A stretch of 64,000 nt of DNA from Acetatifactor sp. (GCA_045543175.1 JAZQMG010000056.1:58422-122421), one strand, 5' to 3'; counted from the stretch's first letter, positions 19,360 through 29,536 are shown. A program made the numbers and translations. Notes: generated from the sequence alone by a model not told the origin.

Positions 19360-21288
19360 TTAATTATTTACGGCCTGTCTTAAGAAGCTTACAAACTCCT
19401 CTCTGGGTAAGGGCTTGGAGAAATAATAACCCTGAATATACTCACACTCCATATCAGCAAACTGCTGTACGAGATTCTCCGTCTCAATACCCTCCACTAC
19501 AACCTTCATATTCATATCCTTAATCATTCTGACGGTATTGCGAACCACAATCTCCATTCGGGGATTCTTCTCCAAATCTGTAAAGCTCTTGTCCAGTTTT
19601 ACGATATTCAAGGGCAAGGATACCATGCGTCCGATATTGGAATATCCGGTTCCATAATCGTCCAATGAGAAGGGAATTCCCGCCGCTGAAAGAGTGCGGA
19701 TATTTTCCACCATAATATTCTGGGAATTGGTGGCCGCTGTCTCTGTAATCTCCAGATTAATCTGGTCGGGACGCACATTATATTTCTCCATCAACTGCAA
19801 AATCTCTTTTGCAAGATTGTTTCTCATACACTGTGCCACGGAAAGATTAACCTCAATGTACTCCAACCCAAGCTCCTTGAACTCTTCGCTTGCGATAAAC
19901 CTGCAAACCTCCTCAAGCACCATGGTGCCAATACGATGAATCACACCGTTTTTCTCTGCCACAGGAATAAAAAGTTCGGGGGAAATATGACCGTATTCCT
20001 CATCATCCAGTCTGAGCAAGGCCTCTGCGGAAGCAAAGCGTTGCTCTGCCACAGAATAAATAGGCTGATAGTAAACAGAAAGTCTCTGGTTGTCCAACGC
20101 ATTATCAATGATTCCTTCCAAATCCTTGATAATGTATCTTCCATCCTTCAACATATCATCCGCATAAAGTACTTTGCCTGCCTTACCATACTCCTCAAAT
20201 TCATTACTAAAAGCAAAAATACTCTGAAAATCATCCAAATCCTCCGGACAACGAAGGACACAGAGGTTTACCTGCAAATTAATATCCATGTCCTGCAGAT
20301 GGATATCCTCCATCAGCATCTCCATGATTTCTGCCGCTGCACTGTCAATTTTGGCAAAATTTTCTTTGCCCGTCACAAGACAAAAACGTCCTCTGTCCAA
20401 ATAATAAGGATCTGCTTTGGGAAGTACACTTTTACACATTGTCAAAAGATTCTCTGCCACTGTGTTTGTCAAAAGTTCAAGACTTTCGTAACCCAGAATA
20501 TCTCGAAGTGACTTATAGTTCAAAATATTAATCAAAATGATTCTTATGGGCTTTTTGTTAATCAATGCCTGTTCAATATCCGTGGCATATGCTGTTGTTT
20601 TGCCGAATCCGGTATTGGTATCCGTCCGCTCCTCCGGCTTTTGAATCATCAATAGCACGAACAACACGCAAACAGCATGAGCAAACATTTCCACACGCAA
20701 CTGTGGATGCGCAAGCTGCATCGTAATCGCCGCAAACATAACCGGCAATACAATCATCAATGCCAGAAACTGCCCTTTTGCAAAAAGCTTTCGACATCTC
20801 ACTGCATAAATAAAACCAACCACAACATAAAATGCAGCACATGCGTAAACCAATCCATACAGGGGACCATGCGTGTACTGATAATTATCATCCAAATAGT
20901 AAATCTTACCAAAAAAATATGAGGTCAGTATCAACTCTAACAGACAGACATATGGCAATGATAAAAGGAGCTGTAACCCTACTTTTTCTTTAAACTTATA
21001 TACAGAATCCGTAAGACATGCCAGATAAATTACATATACAGGAACAGTGAGTGAGTGCATAATCAAATAACCGCCATGTGCAATATATTTTTCAAGCACA
21101 GCCGGACTATTACCGTTATCCAGACTAACAGCCAATATCTCAAAAATTGTACTACAAAAGACAACTAACAGCAGATTCCAGAAGTATCTGTTGCGTCTTC
21201 CGCTGAGCATACGTCTCGACATAACAGTGATAATCAAGACAACTAATATGGCAAGCGCACAATAATTAAAATAATTAAATTTTACCAT
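19360..21288 (-). CDS. Membrane-sensor c-di-GMP phosphodiesterase (7TM + degenerate GGDEF + EAL)
   Basis: About 7 TMs; GGDEF eroded to DRGRF; intact EAL, EITE, LDDYGTGYS, EGIE, QGYYFSKP. Confidence 0.88.
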   Translation of the reverse strand: MVKFNYFNYCALAILVVLIITVMSRRMLSGRRNRYFWNLLLVVFCSTIFEILAVSLDNGNSPAVLEKYIAHGGYLIMHSLTVPVYVIYLACLTDSVYKFKEKVGLQLLLSLPYVCLLELILTSYFFGKIYYLDDNYQYTHGPLYGLVYACAAFYVVVGFIYAVRCRKLFAKGQFLALMIVLPVMFAAITMQLAHPQLRVEMFAHAVCVLFVLLMIQKPEERTDTNTGFGKTTAYATDIEQALINKKPIRIILINILNYKSLRDILGYESLELLTNTVAENLLTMCKSVLPKADPYYLDRGRFCLVTGKENFAKIDSAAAEIMEMLMEDIHLQDMDINLQVNLCVLRCPEDLDDFQSIFAFSNEFEEYGKAGKVLYADDMLKDGRYIIKDLEGIIDNALDNQRLSVYYQPIYSVAEQRFASAEALLRLDDEEYGHISPELFIPVAEKNGVIHRIGTMVLEEVCRFIASEEFKELGLEYIEVNLSVAQCMRNNLAKEILQLMEKYNVRPDQINLEITETAATNSQNIMVENIRTLSAAGIPFSLDDYGTGYSNIGRMVSLPLNIVKLDKSFTDLEKNPRMEIVVRNTVRMIKDMNMKVVVEGIETENLVQQFADMECEYIQGYYFSKPLPREEFVSFLRQAVNN

Positions 21289-21400
21289 ATGTGTACCACC
21301 CTCTTTCTGTATATAACATATTATGCCATAAAAGCCATAAAATAGCAAGCTTAAACGATTAAGTGTCCATGTTTTTGTTAATTTTGTATCAAAATATCAA

Positions 21401-21436
21401 AAAACAGCACCCGGTCTTTGTATCGGATGCTGTTTT
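21401..21436 (-). terminator. Rho-independent terminator after OPT-PqqD operon
   Basis: AAAAACAGCACCCG...CGGATGCTGTTTT. Confidence 0.7.
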
Positions 21437-21458
21437 CAACAATCACTTTATCAATTTA

Positions 21459-21815
21459 TTAACTCTTCCACTCCACAAAGGAGTAGCTGTCCAATATCTG
21501 AAAATACTTGGCAAGACGCTCATACAAGGGTTCTGCTTCCTCTCCGAACTGCTCCTTTACCAAAAGCCCCAATTCCACAATGTTCTTCCTGCCATCAAGC
21601 AAAGGCCAGACGAAGCTTCCTATTTTGTCTAAATGCACATGGCTGACCTTTGGCTTTCGAAACAATTTCTGCGCAACCCGATTCATCACACCGGTATTTT
21701 CAACATCAAGTGTGACAATTCCTGCCTCATCCTTTGACCATTTTATATGTTCCGGTCTGGCGGGTCGTCTTTCCAAATAATTTTCAGATTGTTTTACATT
21801 CTTTTTGGTCTTCAT
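21459..21815 (-). CDS. Stand-alone PqqD/RRE-like protein
   Basis: HLDKIGSFVWPLLDGRKNIVEL...EQFGEE...RLAKYFQIL winged-helix pattern of PqqD; start could be 21845. Confidence 0.75.
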   Translation of the reverse strand: MKTKKNVKQSENYLERRPARPEHIKWSKDEAGIVTLDVENTGVMNRVAQKLFRKPKVSHVHLDKIGSFVWPLLDGRKNIVELGLLVKEQFGEEAEPLYERLAKYFQILDSYSFVEWKS

Positions 21816-21823
21816 AGACTTAA

Positions 21824-23731
21824 TCAACCTTTTCTCTTCTTCCAAACAGAGAATTTCAGCAGAGTTGCAATAATCAGTCCGAATACTACCAGACTGCCGA
21901 TATTGCTTGCTGCAACAGGAAGATTCAATTTAGCGGACAAATCGATTGCCTTATCAATTCCTGCAATTGCAAAGAGTGCCAGCAAAATACCTACCAGACC
22001 TTCACCTGCAATCATACCGGAACAGAACAGGATACCATCATTGACAATCTCCTTCTTCTCCTCTTCTTTGCGCTTCATCTTGTCGAATGCAAGGCGTACC
22101 AGACCACCTACCATAATACATGCGTTTAATTGTACAGGCAGATAGATACCGATTGCAAAGGGAAGCACGGGAAGCTGCAAAATTTCAACAATAATAGCAA
22201 TAAATACACCGATAAATACGAGACTCCAAGGAAGGTTTCCTTCCATTACACCCTCAATAATCATCTTCATAAGCATTGCCTGAGGTGCGCCAAGCTCCTC
22301 AGAACCAAATCCCCATGCCTGATCCAGAAGATACAGCGTCGCGCCGATCGCCAGAGCGGAAGCAACTACACCAATCACTTCGCCAATCTGCTGCTTCTTA
22401 GGTGTTGCGCCCAAAAGATATCCGGTCTTCAAATCCTGTGAAGTATCACCGGAAATAGCCGCTACAATACAAATAATCGAACCGATTGCAATTGCGCCCT
22501 GCATGCCATGCACACCGGTATCACCGGTCATTTTAAGAATTACGGTAGCAATTAACAAAGTTGCAATCGCCATGCCGGATACAGGGTTGTTACTGCTTCC
22601 TACCAAACCAACCATACGAGAGGAAACTGTAGCAAAAAAGAATCCAAAAATCACAACGATTACCGCACCAAGAAGACTTACAGGAATCGCAGGAACCAAC
22701 CAGATAAGAACAGTAATCACTGCAATACAAACAAGCACAATCTTCATACTCAGATCATTAGAGGTACGGGTAACTGCACCGCCCTTTGCTCCTCCCATGC
22801 TCTTCATGGCATCACGGAAGGTTCTTACAATCAGAGGCAGGGACTTCACCAGACTGATAATACCGCCTGCCGCCAACGCACCTGCACCAATATAACGGAT
22901 ATAGGAGCTCCAGATTGCAGACGCTCCACCGGTGGCAAACATCTCACCAATAGGTGCGGTTCCGGGATACATTACAATCTGCTCACCAAACAGTACTATC
23001 ATAGGAATCAGAACCATCCAGCTCAAGACACCGCCGGCAAACATATAAGAGGAAATACGAGGACCACAAATATATCCTACACTCATAACCGCAGGATAAA
23101 TCTGGGTACCGATTTCACCGTTGTAATTCTTGATTCTAAGGGAAACCTCACTGGGAACTACCTTTAATCCGTCAATGATAAACTTAAACAATGCAGCAAA
23201 GCCCATACCTGCAAATACAGTACTTGCATTGGAGCCACCCTCTTCACCTGCCAGAAGCACCTCTGCACATGCGGTTCCCTCCGGATAAGGCAAAACACCA
23301 TGCTCCTTAACAATCAGGGCATTTCTTAAGGGAATCATGAAAAATACTCCCAACAGACCACCAAGCAGTGCAATCAAGGTGATTTCCAAAATACCGGGTT
23401 TGTCCATTCTGCCCTCTGCCGCCCACAAAAACAGTGCAGGAAGGGTAAAAATAGCTCCCGCTGCCACAGACTCACCTGCTGAACCGGTTGTCTGTACAAT
23501 GTTACTCTCCAAAATGGAGTTCTTACGCATAATCACGCGAATGACACCCATGGCAATAACAGCCGCCGGAATGGATGCAGAAACGGTCATACCTACTCGA
23601 AGTCCCAAGTAAGCATTGGCTGCGCCGAACACTACGGCAAGAAAAATACCCAACGCAATGGAAGTAAACGTGAACTCAGGGGTGATTTTCTCGGCCGGAA
23701 CGTAGGGCTTAAATTCCTTTTTGTCGTTCAT
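21824..23731 (-). CDS. OPT family oligopeptide transporter
   Basis: ANAYLGLRVGMTVSASIPAAV, YPEGTACAEVL, SNNPVSG, QDLKTGYL. Confidence 0.93.
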   Translation of the reverse strand: MNDKKEFKPYVPAEKITPEFTFTSIALGIFLAVVFGAANAYLGLRVGMTVSASIPAAVIAMGVIRVIMRKNSILESNIVQTTGSAGESVAAGAIFTLPALFLWAAEGRMDKPGILEITLIALLGGLLGVFFMIPLRNALIVKEHGVLPYPEGTACAEVLLAGEEGGSNASTVFAGMGFAALFKFIIDGLKVVPSEVSLRIKNYNGEIGTQIYPAVMSVGYICGPRISSYMFAGGVLSWMVLIPMIVLFGEQIVMYPGTAPIGEMFATGGASAIWSSYIRYIGAGALAAGGIISLVKSLPLIVRTFRDAMKSMGGAKGGAVTRTSNDLSMKIVLVCIAVITVLIWLVPAIPVSLLGAVIVVIFGFFFATVSSRMVGLVGSSNNPVSGMAIATLLIATVILKMTGDTGVHGMQGAIAIGSIICIVAAISGDTSQDLKTGYLLGATPKKQQIGEVIGVVASALAIGATLYLLDQAWGFGSEELGAPQAMLMKMIIEGVMEGNLPWSLVFIGVFIAIIVEILQLPVLPFAIGIYLPVQLNACIMVGGLVRLAFDKMKRKEEEKKEIVNDGILFCSGMIAGEGLVGILLALFAIAGIDKAIDLSAKLNLPVAASNIGSLVVFGLIIATLLKFSVWKKRKG

Positions 23732-23843
23732 AAATCTTCTCCTTCGTTATTTTTTATACAATCTATTCTACCTAAAATATGCTCATTGCGCAAGTATTCT
23801 TTCACAAAAAACCAAAATATTCCTTATGAATTTTTATACAAAT

Positions 23844-24821
23844 TCACCTAACATCATTTAACTCCCTATTTTCCGATTCTACAAAATGCTCTTTAATCTC
23901 CAAAAACTCCTGTATATAACTCATCAGCATGAAAAGTCTTGCCCTGTCTTCAAATTCCTGTCTGCTCTCCGGCATAGGCTGTTTTACCATATATTTATTC
24001 ATCTCTTCAAACTGCTCTAACAGTAATTTACAGTCATTTTTCTCATGAAAAACCTTGGCGGTATCCTCAAAAAAATCTGAGATAACTTTGGCAGTTCGTG
24101 GCGTTGTCTCAAGAGTGCTCACCATTTTATACATTTCCCTAAGCACTGCGTACTGTCTGCTTCTCATGGCAATGTATTCCGCATCCTTATCCCGCTGACT
24201 TTTTAGCTGATTTTTGTAGTTGATTTCCGCTGTATTCTTAGCGTCTCGTATGATATGCTCCAGCATTTTAAAACACTCCCCATTATAATCTGCCAAATTC
24301 TTGTCATTTATTCGTTTTCCCATTCTGGAGAGAATTTTGGCAATCTGCTCATCGGTCTGTTTTTTCAATGTGTTCATAGCATCCCGGTCACTTCTGAGAC
24401 TCAAATTCATAAAAATACCGATGCCCACACCTACCCCAAATATCAAAATCTCATTTATAACAGTCTGTATATCCATCCTTCCAAAAGTGAGAAAATGAGA
24501 AATCAATACGGAATTCATTGCAGTAGCGGCATTCCATTTATTCAGACAACAAATAAAAGCATAGGGGAATATGTACACCATAAAAGCCCATTGATTCACT
24601 CCAAGGATCTGAAAACAAGCATATGCAATACCAAGGGCAATCACAAATGCTAATAGCCTGTCCACAGCCGTTTTGACCGTCTCACGCTTCGTCGGCAGAA
24701 TTGTCAGAATCGCCACGATTCCCGCCGAAATGGCAAATTCCAACTGCATAAAATTAGCTATACCAATGGCCATAGCCACCGCAATACTTATTTTAATTGA
24801 ACTGATAATACTACTTTTCAA
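23844..24821 (-). CDS. Aromatic acid exporter (ArAE_1/YgaE-like) membrane protein
   Basis: SAGIVAILTI..TKRET..DR, NSVLISHF, MPESRQEFEDRARLF; probable TTG start at 24821. Confidence 0.8.
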   Translation of the reverse strand: MKSSIISSIKISIAVAMAIGIANFMQLEFAISAGIVAILTILPTKRETVKTAVDRLLAFVIALGIAYACFQILGVNQWAFMVYIFPYAFICCLNKWNAATAMNSVLISHFLTFGRMDIQTVINEILIFGVGVGIGIFMNLSLRSDRDAMNTLKKQTDEQIAKILSRMGKRINDKNLADYNGECFKMLEHIIRDAKNTAEINYKNQLKSQRDKDAEYIAMRSRQYAVLREMYKMVSTLETTPRTAKVISDFFEDTAKVFHEKNDCKLLLEQFEEMNKYMVKQPMPESRQEFEDRARLFMLMSYIQEFLEIKEHFVESENRELNDVR

Positions 24822-24854
24822 CGAACCCTTCCTCACTTCTTTTTTCTGAATAAG

Positions 24855-24897
24855 AAGGTGCAAAGTCTTAATAACTTAACAAAAGACTTTACACCTT
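24855..24897 (-). terminator. Hairpin after the 56-aa small ORF
   Basis: AAGGTGCAAAGTCTT...AAGACTTTACACCTT, 15-bp stem. Confidence 0.55.
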
Positions 24898-24919
24898 GAT
24901 TAATAGGTTATTTATTTAC

Positions 24920-25090
24920 TTAACTACTTTTGTCGCTCTCTATCTGCTTACCTAGATCTTCAATATACTGGAGCCGCTCTTCGTCCGTTTCACATGCCTT
25001 TAAATCTATGTAGATTCTGGCACGCTCAAGCTTTCTTGACAACTCTTCAATGGTTTTACTTGTGTTTTTTGTCGGCATATATTCAACCAT
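24920..25090 (-). CDS. Unannotated 56-aa small protein
   Basis: MVEYMPTKNTSKTIEELSRKLERARIYIDLKACETDEERLQYIEDLGKQIESDKSS; AAGGAGGT RBS; TTTACA-N18-TATAAT promoter; downstream hairpin. Confidence 0.65.
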   Translation of the reverse strand: MVEYMPTKNTSKTIEELSRKLERARIYIDLKACETDEERLQYIEDLGKQIESDKSS

Positions 25091-25313
25091 CCTTCCGCAC
25101 CTCCTTCACCTTTATTATATAGGCAAAGGGCAAAAGATGTAAAGCCTTTTATTATGTTGTCAAGGTGCTTGTTTTTCATACTTTTACTTTCTGTGGGATT
25201 TCTTGTCGAACGACATTGATTAGAAAATAACTAACAATAGAAAGAGCTATACAATCTCAGATTAATTGCATAGCCCTATCTTAACACTACCTCTATCCAT
25301 ATTCAAGCAGATT

Positions 25314-25754
25314 TTACATAATCTTCGTCAACACGACCCTGCAAACAAACAGGCTCAGCGCAAAAACCGCCAACACCACAAGAAGTGTATTCATAACCAC
25401 CACATTAAACACCCCTGCCACCATCTGGGCAATATACAACAGAATAAACATTGCATATCCTGCCCATGACCATGTCTTTAAGCCAATCATTTTGTTTCGC
25501 TCATCTGACTCATAAATCTGTCTAGCTTTCAGTTTCTCGGGATTCCTCAACAGCAATACATTTTTGACAAGTGTAATGACTGCCGCTGCAATCACACCAA
25601 ATCCCAATCCGGTATAATAACCGGCTGAATACTCTACATCACCGGAATCCAAGGGAACAAAATTCCCCACATACAAAGATACAATGCCCAACACAATCAA
25701 CAAAACACAATAACCCATTCTTAATTTGATCTTCTTCTCAATACTCTTTTCCAT
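25314..25754 (-). CDS. Four-TM membrane protein with DER motif, partner of XRE regulator
   Basis: Four TMs and the ESDERNKMI motif; stop/start overlap with the XRE gene. Confidence 0.75.
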   Translation of the reverse strand: MEKSIEKKIKLRMGYCVLLIVLGIVSLYVGNFVPLDSGDVEYSAGYYTGLGFGVIAAAVITLVKNVLLLRNPEKLKARQIYESDERNKMIGLKTWSWAGYAMFILLYIAQMVAGVFNVVVMNTLLVVLAVFALSLFVCRVVLTKIM

Positions 25755-25954
25755 TATTTTTCCTCCTCAAAAATGAAAACTTCTTCAATCGTTTTGCCAA
25801 AATATTTTGCAATCTCATGTGCCAAAAGCAGAGATGCGTTATACTTACCGTTTTCAAGAGAAATAATTGTCTGTCTTGTCACCTGTACGGCGTTTGCCAA
25901 TTCCTCTTGGGAAATGCGGCGTTCCTTTCTCAATTCCTTTATAATGTTATCCAT
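25754..25954 (-). CDS. XRE/Cro-family HTH regulator
   Basis: [34 protein letters not shown]...TIEEVF. Confidence 0.92.
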   Translation of the reverse strand: MDNIIKELRKERRISQEELANAVQVTRQTIISLENGKYNASLLLAHEIAKYFGKTIEEVFIFEEEK

Positions 25955-25970
25955 AATCCACCTTCCTTAT

Positions 25971-26036
25971 ATGTCTAGCGCGCTTTACATTTTTAGTATA
26001 GTTTACTTTACATAAAATGTCAAGCAAATTTTACAT
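25971..26036 (-). promoter_or_regulatory. Three tandem 20-bp operators overlapping a sigma-A promoter
   Basis: ATGTAAAATTTGCTTGACAT / ATGTAAAGTAAACTATACTA / ATGTAAAGCGCGCTAGACAT at 23-bp period; TTGACA-N17-TATACT embedded. Confidence 0.75.
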
Positions 26037-26048
26037 TAGTAAATGAAA

Positions 26049-26086
26049 AAGCTGTGCAATTGATTACACACCAACTGCACAGCCTT
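26049..26086 (-). terminator. Rho-independent terminator
   Basis: AAGCTGTGCAATTG...CAACTGCACAGCCTT after the OB lipoprotein gene. Confidence 0.65.
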
Positions 26087-26115
26087 AAGTACTCTTATTC
26101 TTATTTAATTTTTAA

Positions 26116-26961
26116 TTACTGTACTACAGTTACAGAAGTGATGTGAGGATTTACGCCCTCATACCAGTACAGGAAACCTTCCATATCGATGGTATCGCCA
26201 ATCTGAAGCTCCTTAACTGCTGCATATACATCAGTAGTATTATCACACAGATAAGACTCTACAGTAAAGGTATATGTAACACCGTCAACAGAAGCGTTGA
26301 AGTACAGGTCATTGCCGTCCTCACCAGAACCGTCCCAGTTGTACAAAAATGCTACATCATTACCGTTTGCATCCTTACCTGCTGCCTCAACAGTCATTCC
26401 CTTGAAGGAAACAAGCTTGTTCTGATGGTTAATCAGCTCCTCGCTGCTAAGCATCGCTGTCATATCCTCTGCCTCAGCAACATAATTACCCTCTAAGATT
26501 TCGAAGGTTGCATCGATAATCTCAACCTCACCTGCCCACTCAGCCTTGTAACCGGTAACACGAATCTTAGTACCAACGGTCAGCTTCTCATAATCCTCAG
26601 CGGAACATGCCATGTCATAAAGGAAGTAAGCACCATCCTCATCCTGTGTGTAAACAGTTGCCTTGTCCTCCCACCATGACTGCTTTGCCTGAACATAAGT
26701 CTCAACTACAACCTCTGTATCAAGCTCTGCTGCAACGTACTCTTCATAAGTCATAACACCCTCAGACTTTGCACTGTCTGCAACCTCGGAAGATGCCTCC
26801 TGTGCTACCTCAGTAGATTCTACTGTCTCAGTAGGTGCTACAACCTCAGAAGAAGCCACTACCTCAGCGGAACCTGCTACCTCCTCGTTTCCGGTCTGGG
26901 CACATGCACTCAGTGCCATAGCCATGGAAACAGCTACTAATGCTACACTAAATCTTTTCAT
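26116..26961 (-). CDS. Lipoprotein with two YhcR/ExeM-type OB-fold domains
   Basis: Lipobox ALSAC, acidic linker, then EVVVETYV..YTQDEDGAYFLY..LTVGTKIRVTG..GEVEI and NKLVSFKG..LQIGDTIDMEGFLYWY; no nuclease catalytic domain. Confidence 0.65.
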   Translation of the reverse strand: MKRFSVALVAVSMAMALSACAQTGNEEVAGSAEVVASSEVVAPTETVESTEVAQEASSEVADSAKSEGVMTYEEYVAAELDTEVVVETYVQAKQSWWEDKATVYTQDEDGAYFLYDMACSAEDYEKLTVGTKIRVTGYKAEWAGEVEIIDATFEILEGNYVAEAEDMTAMLSSEELINHQNKLVSFKGMTVEAAGKDANGNDVAFLYNWDGSGEDGNDLYFNASVDGVTYTFTVESYLCDNTTDVYAAVKELQIGDTIDMEGFLYWYEGVNPHITSVTVVQ

Positions 26962-27031
26962 TTTTATTCTCCTCTTTCCGGGTACGCTTAATTTTTACCC
27001 AAAGAACATTATACATAAATTTTCCAGAAAA

Positions 27032-28657
27032 TCAATGCCTTTCGACATTTCGTAAATTTCTTTTCTTCTTATAGATATCAGCTCCCACATACAGCCCCAA
27101 CAAAATCCACACTAACGCCAGACCGGAAAGCAAAACCACCGAAGTAACAGGCAGAGGACCCAAATCAGCCTTACTGTTCACACTCCCCCCTATGGAACCC
27201 TCATTCAGGCGATATAATGCCGTCATGTCTGCGTACAGTTCTTCCATATAGACATCATCAATGGTTTCTTTTCTCCTGACAGACTTAGTTACATTTTCTA
27301 TCATCTGTCCCGCTGCATTTCTAAGAGAGGTGGAACCGTTAAATACCGGTGTCACAAAGGTATTCTCCATATTATTAAGCAAAAGCTCCGATGCCGCTAT
27401 CTTCACATGATAGTACGTGTCTTTATCCTCGCCGCCTCTGTTCAAATAATCCCGATACTCTGCGGACTGCTGTGCCTTGGTGGTGACCGGTACATATCCT
27501 TCTGTCTGGGCATAACCAATCTGCACCTCATTACTGAGCAGATACTGGGCAAACAGCCAGGATGCAAGCACCTCCTGAGAATCCTCTTTATTGAAAACAC
27601 AAACGGAAGGACCTTGAGAAATCATCTTCGGGCTTTCTGGGTCAAACTGCGGAATGGGTAAAACCACCGTCTCAAAATCCACAAACTTATCCTCACTGAT
27701 ATCAGACAATGGAGCTTCTGCCCCCATCCATGTGGCTCCCGCTGTGGAATCCACGGCAAAAACACATTGTCCTGCATTCAGGAAATTAGCCGGATAACTG
27801 GAAATCTTAAACGTGGAGAAGGCTCCGCTTTTCGCATGCTCCGCCACCGTATACAAAAGTTCCTCTGTGGTATCATTAAAAATCTGAATCTCGCCCTGAG
27901 CCGTAGAATATCCCGCTCCCTTTTGCTTAAGCATCTGAATCATCATATTATCCGTTGACTTATAGATAAAAGGAATCATGACCTCCTGACCATTTAATGC
28001 AAAAGTACCGTCTGCATTCTTAGCCATGGCAGCCTCTGAAACCTCCCATACAAACTCCCACGTAAGCACCTCGGGCAAATCGTAACCCAAAGCCTCCACA
28101 TAAGTCTTATTTACATAGCAGGCCTCCGTGGAACGCATATAAGGCATGGCATAATGCACCTCACCAAAAGCACATTCTTCAAGAAACTTAGGCACAATCT
28201 CCTCTTTGGTTGGGCCATCAAACCTTACTTCGCTGCCTCCCAGACCATATTTTTCATGTACAAACAATTCATCCAAAGGAACCACACTGTTATTTCCCGT
28301 CATATAGGTTGCTATATGGTCGGGATATGTAATACACACATTGGGTGTGGTATTGGTACTGATATTTGTTATAACATCGTTATAGATTTTGCCATAATCC
28401 GTATATAGCCGCATATTTACATGGATATTTGGATAAAGCTCCTCAAAATCCGCAATTGCCTGCTCGTAAACCTGTGTCTGCAACTTGTTGGTATCATTTT
28501 TGGCCCAAAATGTAATTTCATACTCTTTAGAAACATCAAACTCCTCCGGAACCACGAAAGTATTATGCTCCTTAGAGCCATGACATCCCGTGAGCATCCC
28601 TGTACTGAGCACTGCTGCCAAAAACAGACAGGGCACCCTTTTCCATCCTTTTCTCAT
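27032..28657 (-). CDS. ABC extracellular solute-binding lipoprotein with extra C-terminal TM
   Basis: Lipobox MLTGC; EITFW, TYPDHIATY, MPYMRSTE, QGPSVCVF, ASWLFAQYL, TEGYVPV; hydrophobic C-terminus plus KKKR. Confidence 0.85.
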   Translation of the reverse strand: MRKGWKRVPCLFLAAVLSTGMLTGCHGSKEHNTFVVPEEFDVSKEYEITFWAKNDTNKLQTQVYEQAIADFEELYPNIHVNMRLYTDYGKIYNDVITNISTNTTPNVCITYPDHIATYMTGNNSVVPLDELFVHEKYGLGGSEVRFDGPTKEEIVPKFLEECAFGEVHYAMPYMRSTEACYVNKTYVEALGYDLPEVLTWEFVWEVSEAAMAKNADGTFALNGQEVMIPFIYKSTDNMMIQMLKQKGAGYSTAQGEIQIFNDTTEELLYTVAEHAKSGAFSTFKISSYPANFLNAGQCVFAVDSTAGATWMGAEAPLSDISEDKFVDFETVVLPIPQFDPESPKMISQGPSVCVFNKEDSQEVLASWLFAQYLLSNEVQIGYAQTEGYVPVTTKAQQSAEYRDYLNRGGEDKDTYYHVKIAASELLLNNMENTFVTPVFNGSTSLRNAAGQMIENVTKSVRRKETIDDVYMEELYADMTALYRLNEGSIGGSVNSKADLGPLPVTSVVLLSGLALVWILLGLYVGADIYKKKRNLRNVERH

Positions 28658-29526
28658 CCCTTGGTTCCTCCTCTTGCCACGCCCTCCATAATCTTCTTAC
28701 GGAAAATCAAAAACAGAACAATCAGAGGTACCGATATCGCTACTACTGCTGCCATCATAGCCGGAATATTCTCACGTCCGAAGCCGTTTTCCCGAATCTC
28801 CTGAATACCATTGGACACCAGATAATACGCCTCCTCATCGGTTATCAGACGAGGCCACACATAGGAGTTCCAACACTCAATTACCTTCAAAATGGTTATG
28901 GTAATGATGGTGGGCTTACACATGGGTATCATCACCTTCCACAGATACTTCAAATCTGAGGTTGCATCCACCTTAGCCGCATAATACAGTTCGTCAGGAA
29001 TCTGGGCAAAATTCTCTTTCAACAAATAAATATAAAATACGGAAGTAACCGAAGGCAGAATCAACCCCAGAAAAGTATTGCGCATATCCATATTCGTAAT
29101 GGTTACATAGTTGGTAATAACCACCAGCTCACTGGGAATCATCATCAATGCCAAAAACAACGTAAACACAACATTTTTGCCCTTAAAATCCAGTCTTGCA
29201 AAGGCGAATGCCGCCGGCACAATCACCAGAAGCATAAGCGTTGTGGTGACAACTGTAAATATTAAGGTATTCAAAAAATATCCGGCCAAGGGAACCGTTG
29301 TAAAAGCATCCACATAATTCTCAAAGGTAGGTGACAATGTAAAAAATTCCGGTATCCGCTCCCCGCTGTAGGCACTGTAGCTTTTCACCGAGGTAAGCAC
29401 CATCCAGTAAAATGGAAACAATACTACCACTGCCCAAAATGCCAACAATATGTAGATAATACTGTTTACCACGGTCTTTTTGGTTTTTTCGGACCGCTCT
29501 ATCTTCTCATAATCAACATTTTTCAT
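28654..29526 (-). CDS. CUT1-type ABC permease (MalG-like)
   Basis: PFYWMVLTS, AAFAFARLDFKGK, EAA-like loop ELYYAAKVDA, WNSYVWP. Confidence 0.9.
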   Translation of the reverse strand: MKNVDYEKIERSEKTKKTVVNSIIYILLAFWAVVVLFPFYWMVLTSVKSYSAYSGERIPEFFTLSPTFENYVDAFTTVPLAGYFLNTLIFTVVTTTLMLLVIVPAAFAFARLDFKGKNVVFTLFLALMMIPSELVVITNYVTITNMDMRNTFLGLILPSVTSVFYIYLLKENFAQIPDELYYAAKVDATSDLKYLWKVMIPMCKPTIITITILKVIECWNSYVWPRLITDEEAYYLVSNGIQEIRENGFGRENIPAMMAAVVAISVPLIVLFLIFRKKIMEGVARGGTKG

Positions 29527-29536
29527 TGCTTTATCC

